Positions 29,208-40,001 of a DNA stretch of 64,000 nt are shown piece after piece; the stretch's first letter is position 1; the number at the start of each line of letters is the position of its first letter. The position numbers and the translations under genes were made by a program. Origin of the DNA: Patescibacteria group bacterium (GTDB lineage: Bacteria > Patescibacteriota > Patescibacteriia > UBA10025 > JAHIVO01); NCBI GenBank assembly GCA_049325535.1, contig JBMOKY010000001.1, positions 685,942 to 749,941 on the forward strand. Direction: 5' to 3'. Under the pieces are notes generated by a model. It saw only the letters and a list, made by a program, of their open reading frames with translations, made no database searches and was not told where the DNA came from.

Positions 29208-29324
29208 AGGACCTTAAGTATACTAAAAATACCACCCACTGTCACCTCATGCATATGGTCGGTTATTAGTAAAAATTCTGCACCCAACGTGGTGCGGGAT
29301 TGTCGCATAGGACCTTAAGTATAC
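29203..29324 (-). repeat. Direct repeat of the thyA -10 box and start region
   Basis: CGCATAGGACCTTAAGTATAC occurs at 29203-29223 and 29304-29324. Confidence 0.85.
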
Positions 29325-29521
29325 CCAAAAAAATAGACATTTGTCATATTTTTATAAGCAATATAAGCACATATTCAATACTTTTTCCCGCCACTCTTGA
29401 CAAAACTAGAAAGACGGTGTATACTCATTTGTTTTTGATATATATTCTTGTTCTTTTTATCACTAACGGACAAAAAAACAGTTAACGAATAATCAGGTAC
29501 GACAAGTACAAGGAGAAACAG

Positions 29522-30280
29522 ATGCAAATGGAACGTGGAGCTAGCTTTTTGCTGGCACTGGGTACGGCGATCGGAAACTGAATCGTCTTTTTCTTCATCG
29601 CGACATGGCTCGGGAGTGACCAAGCTGCTTTTATGGCGACGATTCTCATCGTCTCCATCGTGGTTCACGAAATCGGGCACGCAGTCGTGCTCGAGGCAAA
29701 CGGGGTCATGACCCACATGTTTTTTGCCATCATCCTGGGTGGCGTCACCTACGACAAACGGTACAAGCATGTCGAAGCGCGGCTCCCCTGGAATACCAAG
29801 GCGCTGACCTATCTGGCCGGCGTCATGGGCAATCTGGTGGTGGCACTTGCCGGCGGAATGCTCTACTGGATGGGACTGGTGACCGCCATGGAGGCGCTTC
29901 AGATCGTCAATCTCAACGCCGTGCTGATATTTTACAATATCTTCCCGGTGTGGATTACCGACGGTGGAAGATTCACCAAAATCTTCTTCGACTCCAGTCC
30001 TGAGCACATGGATGGCCACTGGGTCTTCCGTATGCTCATTCCGATCGGTATGGCCGCGTTCTTCCTGACCATCGTCAGTCCTCAGATGTTTCTCTTCACC
30101 ACTCCGGTAATGTTCTGGAGTCTGCACTACCAGGCGACCCACGACGACCCGAAGGGCAGCAAGAACAAACTGGCGATGACGCAGCCACAGCGCATCCGCT
30201 GGGCGACGATCTACATTACGATCTTCACAGTCGGCATGATCATGCTCGCCTACACCCCGGACTGGATCCTGAAGAAATAA
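29522..30280 (+). CDS. Site-2 protease (peptidase M50) family protein; in-frame TGA near the 5' end
   Basis: HEIGH, AGVMGN and NIFP..TDGGR. The AAGGAG-led ATG at 29522 is in frame but hits TGA at 29579-29581; the downstream ORF is 29633-30280. Confidence 0.75.
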
Positions 30281-30490
30281 CGAACCACCGCCCATGTCCG
30301 TTCCGCTCTTCCCCTTCCTCATTCCCACGTATCATCCGGTACGTGGGAATTTTTTTGCGAATATAAATACGCTTGCATGAAAAGTTTTGAATAATCACGT
30401 ATGAATTTTGCATCAATATTGACAGAGCGTCATACATACCCTATACTTTCCCAGAGCCAAAACAAACACTGAAATCAGAAGGAGTATCTG

Positions 30491-30730
30491 ATGATCGCCA
30501 TCCAAAACATCGAAAAATATTTCGATGACCATCCTGAACTCGCTGACCAGAAAGAAGCGGTCCTCGCTGCCGCCCGGGAGCGGGTGGAAAAAGGTACCGA
30601 CGTCATGGTCGGACATGCCGCCGCCGAGGCGCTCGGCGAATTAGCCAGAGATTTCTTCCGGGAAATCGAGGGTAATCTCGTACATCAGGAAATTGGGCTG
30701 AAAGCCCTCAGCGCGCTCAATAAACGATAA
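30491..30730 (+). CDS. Small hypothetical protein
   Basis: TTGACA-17-TATACT (30419-30447), AAGGAG RBS and a downstream terminator. Confidence 0.7.
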   Translation: MIAIQNIEKYFDDHPELADQKEAVLAAARERVEKGTDVMVGHAAAEALGELARDFFREIEGNLVHQEIGLKALSALNKR

Positions 30731-30906
30731 GCGCGTTCGGCCAACCCACACCATCGAGACCAGCCACGTACAGCTGGTCTTATTTTTTTGTACCGATAGA
30801 TACCTTTGCTGGAAAACATAAAAAAAGCGCCGTGTCCTTCGTGGTAAGAAGGTCGTGCGCTTTTGAGTGGAGCATGAGGCTCCAGATACAAGTACGAAAG
30901 AATGAA

Positions 30907-32058
30907 CTACTTCATGGCGTCGATGAGATTCCGCTCGGCTTCTGCAGCGGCATGTGCGGCCATCGCCTGCTCATGCTTGCGCTGCTCTGCCTCCTTCTGA
31001 CGGAGCTCATACAGTGACAGCTGGTCAGACAGACGCTGTCGGAGCTCAGCATCCTCCTCACCGAATTCGGCAAGCATCTGATGCGCGGCGACGACAGTTT
31101 CATCACTGTACACCGTAAACGGGTTCTGCTCCCGGTAAACCACTGAGCGGGAAATCCGATACCGCAATTCGCGGTACGAGTCGCCCTCCAGTTTCCGGAA
31201 CAGCCGCGGCAGCAAATAGTCATCGAGGGTGTGCGTTTTGGCGTCACCGAGCTCGTCGCTGAGCAGGAAAGCGATCTGGCTGGCGAAAAAATCGCCGGGG
31301 TAGTCCAACCGCTCGCAATAGAGCATTGTTCGAAGCATGTCCACATAGCAGGACAGCGCCCCTTCCCACTCCTGACGGGGCTGCATCTCGCCTCGCTGCT
31401 CAGCCAAGATCTGCTGGCGGACACGGGTGTCGGCTTTGTGCTTCCACCGCTCGTCCACGGACGGATCCCGCAGCAGGTCGGCAAACGGGCCAAGGCCGGA
31501 GGCTTCATCCATGTTCCAGAACGTGCTGACATCGTAGAGCGAAAAACGCTCAAAGAGCGCATTCGCCATGTCCTCGGGCAGATTGCCCAGCAGACCGGGG
31601 ATACGTGCGTTGTAGAACGACAGCGCCTCATGGTACCGGCTCGGTTCCTGCCAGTACACAGCCATACCCTGAGCCGAGATGCATTTGCTGTCCGGAATCG
31701 GGTTATGCATCGGTCGCAGCAGGTCCACGAACTGAATGATCAGTTCTGCGGCGTATTGCTGCAATCCCGACGACAGACCGCTCAGATTAGCGCCGGCTCG
31801 AGTAAACTTCCCGACCACCGGCTCAGCCTGCTCACCCCAGTGAAACGGAACCAGACTGGCCTCAGGAGCCAGCAGCAGGAACAAGGCACGGGCCTTGATA
31901 CTGTCCCTGACTCCGTCTTCGTTCAGCAGCCGGTTCAGATCCGCCCGGTCGCGCGGTTTGAATTTGACCCACGCGTTCCAGGCCTTATCATCGGCCGTCG
32001 GCATCCAAGTCGACTTGATACGCTTCAGCCATGCGGAAATTCCGTGCTTCATCTTCAT
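30907..32058 (-). CDS. Hypothetical helical protein
   Basis: Long ORF with AAGGAG RBS before ATG 32058 and TTGACA-17-TATGAT upstream; no recognisable motif. Confidence 0.72.
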   Translation of the reverse strand: MKMKHGISAWLKRIKSTWMPTADDKAWNAWVKFKPRDRADLNRLLNEDGVRDSIKARALFLLLAPEASLVPFHWGEQAEPVVGKFTRAGANLSGLSSGLQQYAAELIIQFVDLLRPMHNPIPDSKCISAQGMAVYWQEPSRYHEALSFYNARIPGLLGNLPEDMANALFERFSLYDVSTFWNMDEASGLGPFADLLRDPSVDERWKHKADTRVRQQILAEQRGEMQPRQEWEGALSCYVDMLRTMLYCERLDYPGDFFASQIAFLLSDELGDAKTHTLDDYLLPRLFRKLEGDSYRELRYRISRSVVYREQNPFTVYSDETVVAAHQMLAEFGEEDAELRQRLSDQLSLYELRQKEAEQRKHEQAMAAHAAAEAERNLIDAMK

Positions 32059-32255
32059 TTCATACTCCTTTGCGAGACGTTTTGTTTCTATGGTTACTAT
32101 GCAATTGTCGAGGAACAAAAAAATTTACTCGCCATCATAGCATGGTTCGCTCTTTTTGTCAAGAGATAAACCAAAAAATACACCTGTTGAGCGATCGCTC
32201 ACCTTCCAGCCAAGCGGTCGCGCACCCCCCGGTCGTTGGCAATGCAATAATATGA

Positions 32256-32662
32256 TTGTCATTTAGACCGGAGTTCACCGAAGGCGAGATGAAGTGGAGA
32301 AATCATTATGACACTTATAAGAATGCATCACTTAAATCTTTCCACTTAGAATTCATAGAAGTGACATGGGTTCTTTTCTTTTGATGTGACCATCGCTTAA
32401 TTTGCTTCTCACGTGCAATAGTACTCATTACGTCATAGCCTATTTCATAATAAACAAGTTTATTGAGATTATACCGACCGGTATGGCCCGGAACCACTTT
32501 CTGCTTGTGATGGAAAACTCTGACAGGTAAATCTGAAGTAAAACCGACATATAACGCGGTATTATACCGGTTAGCCATTATATAAACGTAATACTGTCTT
32601 TCGTAGGTCATAAGGACTTCTCTACTCCCCTTCGACCCTGCTAGGGTCGGTCGAAGTGACAA
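32256..32662. mobile_element. Palindromic element enclosing a GIY-YIG nuclease gene (copy B)
   Basis: Terminal IR TTGTCATTTAGACCG/CGGTCGAAGTGACAA (13/15); inner IR GTGGAGAAATC/GACTTCTCTAC (9/11) directly flanking the gene. Confidence 0.6.
32315..32611 (-). CDS. GIY-YIG nuclease family protein
   Basis: YYVYIM..ALYVGFTSDL..RV..HK...T.RY...LVYYE...AREKQIKRW...N..W.DL. Confidence 0.9.
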   Translation of the reverse strand: MTYERQYYVYIMANRYNTALYVGFTSDLPVRVFHHKQKVVPGHTGRYNLNKLVYYEIGYDVMSTIAREKQIKRWSHQKKRTHVTSMNSKWKDLSDAFL

Positions 32663-32833
32663 CTGTATTTAGGTTTAGCTTAATATTAAGGAGGGGAAAT
32701 ACGCTCGGCACGCCGCTGCACAATGTAGGTGGAGAGGGGTGGTGGGGTCAAACAGCAAAACGAATAAAAAATCCCCAGCGATGGGGAAGGTTGATACTGT
32801 AATACTACGACGCTGGCGACGGGTCTGTCAAAA

Positions 32834-33142
32834 CTACTTACCGGACCGTTTGCTGAGGATGTATTTCTGCGATCGGCTCATGGACTTGTCTTTGCGGTGG
32901 ATGCACCCGATCCAGCAGCACGGCCGCCGCATCCCCTCTTTGAGCTCGGAGACAGTCCGCCGTACGTGGTCCTGTCTGGTCTCGGCAGTCTTCACCGCCT
33001 CCACCCAGCAGATCCACTCATTACGCGCCAGTGGCGTCAGACTTTCCCATAGACCCACTGCCTTCGTGTCGGCCAGCAAGGCTTTTTTGAGGTCTGATGG
33101 CATGGCATGCGCCACACCTGCTGAAAGTTTTTTACTGGCCAT
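32834..33142 (-). CDS. YdeI/OmpD-associated family protein
   Basis: PSDLKKAL..WESLTPLARNEWICWVEAVKT.ETR...EGMRRPCCW.GC.HR. Confidence 0.8.
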   Translation of the reverse strand: MASKKLSAGVAHAMPSDLKKALLADTKAVGLWESLTPLARNEWICWVEAVKTAETRQDHVRRTVSELKEGMRRPCCWIGCIHRKDKSMSRSQKYILSKRSGK

Positions 33143-33172
33143 AAAAATATTTTTTAATACCGTTAAACGGGC

Positions 33173-33595
33173 CTACTTCCCGCTCGACAGCCAGCCTTGT
33201 TCCCCCCGCTCGGTGTCTGATAATGCATCTACTTCAGTGAAGGTAACGGTCTCGTGCTGCTGAATAACCATTTGTGCTACTTTATCGCCCACAGCAATCT
33301 CGTACGGTTGGTCAGTCGTATTATAGAGAATCACTTTTACCTCACCGCGATAGGTGCTATCGATGACGCCGGCCATAGAGTGGATGCCCATCTTGGCCGC
33401 CATACCGCTGCGATCCCAGACATGCGCCACGTATCCTAAAGGAATTTCCATGGCAAAACCGAGTGCCACCTGCCGGCGGTCACGCGGTGGGATAACCAAT
33501 GCTTCGACTGAAAACAAATCCAAACCCGCATCACCAGGTCGTCCATGGACCGGCAGTTTTGCATTCGGATGCAGTCGTTTGAATTTCGCTTCCAT
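33173..33595 (-). CDS. dut: dUTP diphosphatase
   Basis: DAGLDL, RSG, GVIDSTYRGE, VAQ and RG..G..SSG motifs. Confidence 0.95.
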   Translation of the reverse strand: MEAKFKRLHPNAKLPVHGRPGDAGLDLFSVEALVIPPRDRRQVALGFAMEIPLGYVAHVWDRSGMAAKMGIHSMAGVIDSTYRGEVKVILYNTTDQPYEIAVGDKVAQMVIQQHETVTFTEVDALSDTERGEQGWLSSGK

Positions 33596-34137
33596 TACTG
33601 TGCCGCGGCAATCAGTTTGTCTACCTGGGCATACAGCTCGTCGAGTGAGCCGTTATTGTCGATAGTGGCATCGGCCCGCTGCATCAGGTCAGGAATCGCC
33701 TGCTCGGTGGGTAAACTATGCTGCTGAGTGAATTGCTCCAGAGTCAGTGTCGCGTCATCGGCGTTTTCACCGCGTTTGGTGATACGCTGGAAACGGATGT
33801 CCAGATCGGTATCCACCGCCCACAGCTGAAAATCCGGTCGCTCCTTGAGCGCGTTATATTCATCAAAATAGCGGATGCCGTCAAACACCGCAATAGTCAC
33901 ATCCATGCTTTCCAAATCTTTGATCAGGGTCTTTACGAGGATGTCATTGCCATACTGCGATCGCATCAATTCAGCCAGTTTTGACATCGCCGGACGAGTC
34001 TCCTGTACATACAGCCGATGAATCATGTCCCGCAAAGGCTGGGAAAATTTGACGGCTTTGGCGCCATGGCGCTCCACCAGGTATTTGGTGAGTGTGCCTT
34101 TTCCCGTAGCCAGAGGGCCGGTCAATCCGATAATCAT
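33595..34137 (-). CDS. P-loop nucleotide kinase (dephospho-CoA-kinase/dNMP-kinase-like)
   Basis: [18 protein letters not shown] and ADATIDNNGS; lies between the dCMP deaminase and dut. Confidence 0.8.
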   Translation of the reverse strand: MIIGLTGPLATGKGTLTKYLVERHGAKAVKFSQPLRDMIHRLYVQETRPAMSKLAELMRSQYGNDILVKTLIKDLESMDVTIAVFDGIRYFDEYNALKERPDFQLWAVDTDLDIRFQRITKRGENADDATLTLEQFTQQHSLPTEQAIPDLMQRADATIDNNGSLDELYAQVDKLIAAAQ

Positions 34138-34138
34138 A

Positions 34139-34633
34139 TTATTTATTGTGATGTGAATGAGGAATCCCGACCTCAGCCCAGTCACTGTGATACTGGCGAT
34201 ACCTGACTCCGGCTAGGTCAAATAATTTTCGTGAGGCTACCCAGACCGGCTCGTCGTGGTATTTGTCGCTTTCGTAAATGACTTCCCTGATGCCATTTTG
34301 GATGATGGTTTTGGCGCACTCATTGCAGGGGAAGAGGGTGGTATAGATGACGCAGTCCTGTGTATTTGCATTAGCATTATAAATCGCGTTCTCCTCCGCA
34401 TGGACGACGTAGGCGTATTTGGTATCCACCAGCTCACCTTTCCGCTCCCAGGGAAGCGCATCGTCATCGATCCCGCGCGGCCAGCCATTGTACCCCAAAC
34501 CGACCACCACATGCGACCGATTGGCGATGACTGCGCCAGCCTGGGTATTAGGGTCTTTTGACCGTTCGGCGATGACATGCGCCATGCGCATCAAACACTC
34601 GTCCCATGAGATGAAATCTTTTCGACTTTCCAT
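34139..34633 (-). CDS. dCMP deaminase (ComEB family)
   Basis: RSKDP, GYNG, HAEENA and PCNEC. Confidence 0.93.
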   Translation of the reverse strand: MESRKDFISWDECLMRMAHVIAERSKDPNTQAGAVIANRSHVVVGLGYNGWPRGIDDDALPWERKGELVDTKYAYVVHAEENAIYNANANTQDCVIYTTLFPCNECAKTIIQNGIREVIYESDKYHDEPVWVASRKLFDLAGVRYRQYHSDWAEVGIPHSHHNK

Positions 34634-34658
34634 AGTACGTTTGATTAGTGGATGATGA

Positions 34659-35339
34659 CTAGGCTCGGACGTGGATGCCGGGACCCATGCTGGCGGAGAT
34701 GGAGATTGATTTGATATACGACCCCTTCACGGCCGTCGGCTTGGCGCGGCGGATTGCCTCCAGAAAAGCCTCAATATTTGCAGCCAATTTTTCAGTGCCA
34801 AAAGAAACCCGGCCGACCAGCTGATGAATATTGCCGGAATCGTCATTGCGAAATGTGACCTTACCGCCGGCCAGCGCTTTCACCGCTTCGGCGACTTTCG
34901 GCGTCACGGTTTCACTGCGCGGATTTGGCATCAGGCCTTTCGGGCCGAGAATTTTCGCGATCTGCCCCATCTGTTTCATGATACCCGGCGTGGCAATGGC
35001 GATGTCAAAATCAATCTTGCCGGTCGTCTTGATCTGTTTGATCAGATCCTCGCCGCCGACGACTACCGCACCAGCTGCCGTGGCAGCTTTCTGGTCCTTT
35101 TCCTCACAAAAAACAGCGATGCGTTTCGTCTTACCCGTGCCGTGCGGCAGCACCATCGAACCGCGTACAACCTGGTCGGCTTTTTTGGGATCCACGCCCA
35201 GACGGATATGCACCTCCACCCCGGCATCAAATTTGACGGTGCTGGTTTTCTGTACCAGCTCAATCGCCTCAGCCACCGAATACGATTTCCCGGCTTCGAT
35301 GAGGGCTGCTGCTGCCTGATATTTCTTCGATCGTTTCAT
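34659..35339 (-). CDS. rplA: 50S ribosomal protein L1
   Basis: [23 protein letters not shown] and SMGPG. Confidence 0.97.
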   Translation of the reverse strand: MKRSKKYQAAAALIEAGKSYSVAEAIELVQKTSTVKFDAGVEVHIRLGVDPKKADQVVRGSMVLPHGTGKTKRIAVFCEEKDQKAATAAGAVVVGGEDLIKQIKTTGKIDFDIAIATPGIMKQMGQIAKILGPKGLMPNPRSETVTPKVAEAVKALAGGKVTFRNDDSGNIHQLVGRVSFGTEKLAANIEAFLEAIRRAKPTAVKGSYIKSISISASMGPGIHVRA

Positions 35340-35350
35340 AGAGATTCCTT

Positions 35351-35388
35351 TCGTGGTACAAACCCCCGCCCATAGACGGGGTCCCACA
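35351..35388 (-). promoter_or_regulatory. L1-binding autoregulatory hairpin upstream of rplA
   Basis: GTGGGA-CCCGTC/GGCGGG-...ACCAC immediately before the rplA RBS, as in known L1 mRNA targets. Confidence 0.6.
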
Positions 35389-35401
35389 AAATAATAATTA
35401 G

Positions 35402-36403
35402 TTAGGGTTGTGTCGGAGGAACAGATGTTTCAGATTTCTTGTCTTTCGCTTCACGGCGCACAGCTGACCAGTGATACCACAGCAGTGGGATGCCGACGAG
35501 GATAAACGGAATGGCGCTCGATGCCTGACGATGCGTATTATTACTTTCGGCGTTTGATTCTGTCTGCCAGGCGTCATAATCAATCGCCCATTGACTGGCC
35601 AGCGCCACGGTTTCGGCATCCAGGCCGCACTGCTCGCCACATTCAGTGAGGCTGATGACGGCTGATTTTTCTGAAACCAGCGTTTCTTGCGTCGCGTACA
35701 TGCGTGAAGCTTGATTGTCAGCCTCCCCCGCGGCCGGGAATACCCATGTCTTGAGCACTAGATTAATGAGGAAACCGCCGGCAATGACGATCATCAGCAA
35801 TGAACCAAGCGAAACGAAATAAAAGTACGTCGGGCGAATGACGAGCTTATCCTTATCTTCTTCTGCTGCCTGCCGGTGATCGCGCTGAACGATGCGATAG
35901 TGAATGACAAAGAATGGCAGCGCTACAATCAGAAATGACAGGGCGGCTACGGCATCACGGGCGTTGCGGCCATTGACGTTTTTCGCCGACTCCTGCCATG
36001 AAGCATAGCTGCTTTTCCAGGACTCAATGCTCTCTTTTTGCGTCGCGGTCAGCTCACATGCATCGGCGCACTCCAGGACTATCGGCGAACCTGCCTCCAC
36101 CTTTGCCGTATCAGCAGCGCTGCCTGAATCCAGCCACAATGACGGCGGCGGTCCGTAGTAATTGGCGTTTGTATTCGCGTCGGTAAAAACCCACACCTTC
36201 AATCCGAGGTTAATCAGGAAAATAACAGACCCGACCACGATGGCTAGGGTCACCATCGACGCCAGATAAAAATACAGGCTGCGAATGACTGAACCTTTTT
36301 TTGTCATATTTTTTCCTTCGATTATGGCCGCAATGGCGAAGGCAAGCAGCGCCAGCATGCCAAATGGGATTAAGAAGCTAATCATATCAGTAAACGAATC
36401 CAT
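35402..36403 (-). CDS. Membrane protein with an internal duplication (DUF5671-like)
   Basis: Two repeats of YFY..S...L...G..LINL.LK.WVF, each followed by a CxxxC loop and a P....H motif. Confidence 0.72.
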   Translation of the reverse strand: MDSFTDMISFLIPFGMLALLAFAIAAIIEGKNMTKKGSVIRSLYFYLASMVTLAIVVGSVIFLINLGLKVWVFTDANTNANYYGPPPSLWLDSGSAADTAKVEAGSPIVLECADACELTATQKESIESWKSSYASWQESAKNVNGRNARDAVAALSFLIVALPFFVIHYRIVQRDHRQAAEEDKDKLVIRPTYFYFVSLGSLLMIVIAGGFLINLVLKTWVFPAAGEADNQASRMYATQETLVSEKSAVISLTECGEQCGLDAETVALASQWAIDYDAWQTESNAESNNTHRQASSAIPFILVGIPLLWYHWSAVRREAKDKKSETSVPPTQP

Positions 36404-36411
36404 GAGGATCG

Positions 36412-36837
36412 TTATTTAATGGTTATCCCCATATTGCGGGCCGTGCCCTCGATGATGCGGACGGCCGCATCGAGACTGGCGGCATTCAGATCCGGCATTT
36501 TGATAGTGGCGATTTCCTCGAGCTGCTTCCGTGTCACACTGCCCACCTTTTTTTTCAGGGGATCGCCTGAACCTTTCTGGATACCGGCTGCTTTTTTCAG
36601 CAATTCGGCTGCCGGTGGGGTCTTCAGGATAAAACTAAAAGTCCGGTCCTCAAAAATCGTGATCTCCACCGGGATGATATCCCCCGCCTTATCTTTGGTC
36701 TGGGCATTAAACTTGGTACAGAAATCCTGGATATTCAGGCCATGGGGCCCCAATGCCGTCCCTACCGGAGGCGCCGGTGTGGCTTTTCCAGCCGGGAGTT
36801 GGATTTTGACCATTGTCTTGATTGGTTTGCCTGCCAT
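36412..36837 (-). CDS. rplK: 50S ribosomal protein L11
   Basis: [17 protein letters not shown] and GTARNMG. Confidence 0.98.
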   Translation of the reverse strand: MAGKPIKTMVKIQLPAGKATPAPPVGTALGPHGLNIQDFCTKFNAQTKDKAGDIIPVEITIFEDRTFSFILKTPPAAELLKKAAGIQKGSGDPLKKKVGSVTRKQLEEIATIKMPDLNAASLDAAVRIIEGTARNMGITIK

Positions 36838-36924
36838 ATATGTAGAATGTCGAATGTGTAATGACTAATTTCTAAAGAAGCGTTGAGATTAGAAATTAGT
36901 AATTCTTAATTAGAAATTATCAAG

Positions 36925-37470
36925 CTATATTTTCTTAATCTGCAAGAAGTCGAGTTCAACCGGCGTCTCACGACCAAACATCGATACCAGCACTTTCACC
37001 TTGCCCCGCGCTTCATCTACCTCGCTGACTTTGCCTTCAAATTCCTTAAACGGACCATCGGTAATCTTTACCGCCGTGCCCGGATTGACGTCAATCTTAT
37101 ATTTCGGTTCTTCCACGCCCATCCGGCGCTGGATTTCCTTCACTTCCTGCTCTGAAATCGGTGTCGGGGTCGTACCGGAACCGACGAATCCGGTTACGTT
37201 TGGCGTATTGCGCACCACGTACCATGAGTCGTCTGTCACGATCATTTCCACCAACACATAGCCGGGAAAAATCTTTTCCGTAACCACCCGGCGTTTGCCG
37301 TTTTTGATCTTGATCTTATTTTCCGTGGGAATCAGGACATTGAAAATCTTATCCTGCATATCCATGGATTCAATACGCTGTCGCAGGTTGCGCGCCACAT
37401 TTTCCTCATACCCGGAATAGGTATGGAGGACATACCAGCGACGTCCCTGCTGTAATGTTTGCTTTGGCAT
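36925..37470 (-). CDS. nusG: Transcription termination/antitermination factor NusG
   Basis: WYVLHTYSGYE, FPGYVLVEM, KOW motif GPF and FGRETPVEL. Confidence 0.98.
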   Translation of the reverse strand: MPKQTLQQGRRWYVLHTYSGYEENVARNLRQRIESMDMQDKIFNVLIPTENKIKIKNGKRRVVTEKIFPGYVLVEMIVTDDSWYVVRNTPNVTGFVGSGTTPTPISEQEVKEIQRRMGVEEPKYKIDVNPGTAVKITDGPFKEFEGKVSEVDEARGKVKVLVSMFGRETPVELDFLQIKKI

Positions 37471-37476
37471 ACGGCG

Positions 37477-37665
37477 TTATTGGGTGATCAGTTTCTCAAC
37501 GGCGATATTCAAGCCGAAATCAGCGGCGCCTAAATACAGCGCCACCCCCAGGCTGATGCCGATCACCAGCATGGTGTATTTGATGGTTTCCCGACGGGAC
37601 GGCCATACGACTTTTTTCAGTTCGTCGCGGGACTCCCGGATGTAGCTTACGATCTTGTTTGCCAT
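37477..37665 (-). CDS. secE: Preprotein translocase subunit SecE
   Basis: ELKKVVWPSR followed by a TM helix; upstream of nusG. Confidence 0.93.
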   Translation of the reverse strand: MANKIVSYIRESRDELKKVVWPSRRETIKYTMLVIGISLGVALYLGAADFGLNIAVEKLITQ

Positions 37666-37829
37666 AAAATTCCGGTCTTTAAAACCCCCTGTCGAAGTCG
37701 ATATAGGGGTCACCATTATGGTACACTACCCAGTACCGACTGTCAAATTCTGCTATAGCTAGCTCAAAAAAAGGCTAATCTATACTAACCAGTGGATGAA
37801 CACAACCGCTCCGATTTCACCTTTTTTAA

Positions 37830-40001
<2,172 letters not shown>

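Noticed and set aside
262-29581. UGA recoding (genetic code 25 or 4), suggested by two in-frame TGAs
   Set aside because: TGA is a true stop for prfA (5086-5088), dnaE (16556-16558) and miaA, and long core genes have no internal TGA. The TGA at 262-264 stands at a conserved Arg, not Gly or Trp.
32766-32831. Empty promoter-terminator cassette
   Set aside because: The hairpin is more simply the terminator of the dCMP deaminase-dut-ydeI transcript ending at 32834, and the -10 match is weak.
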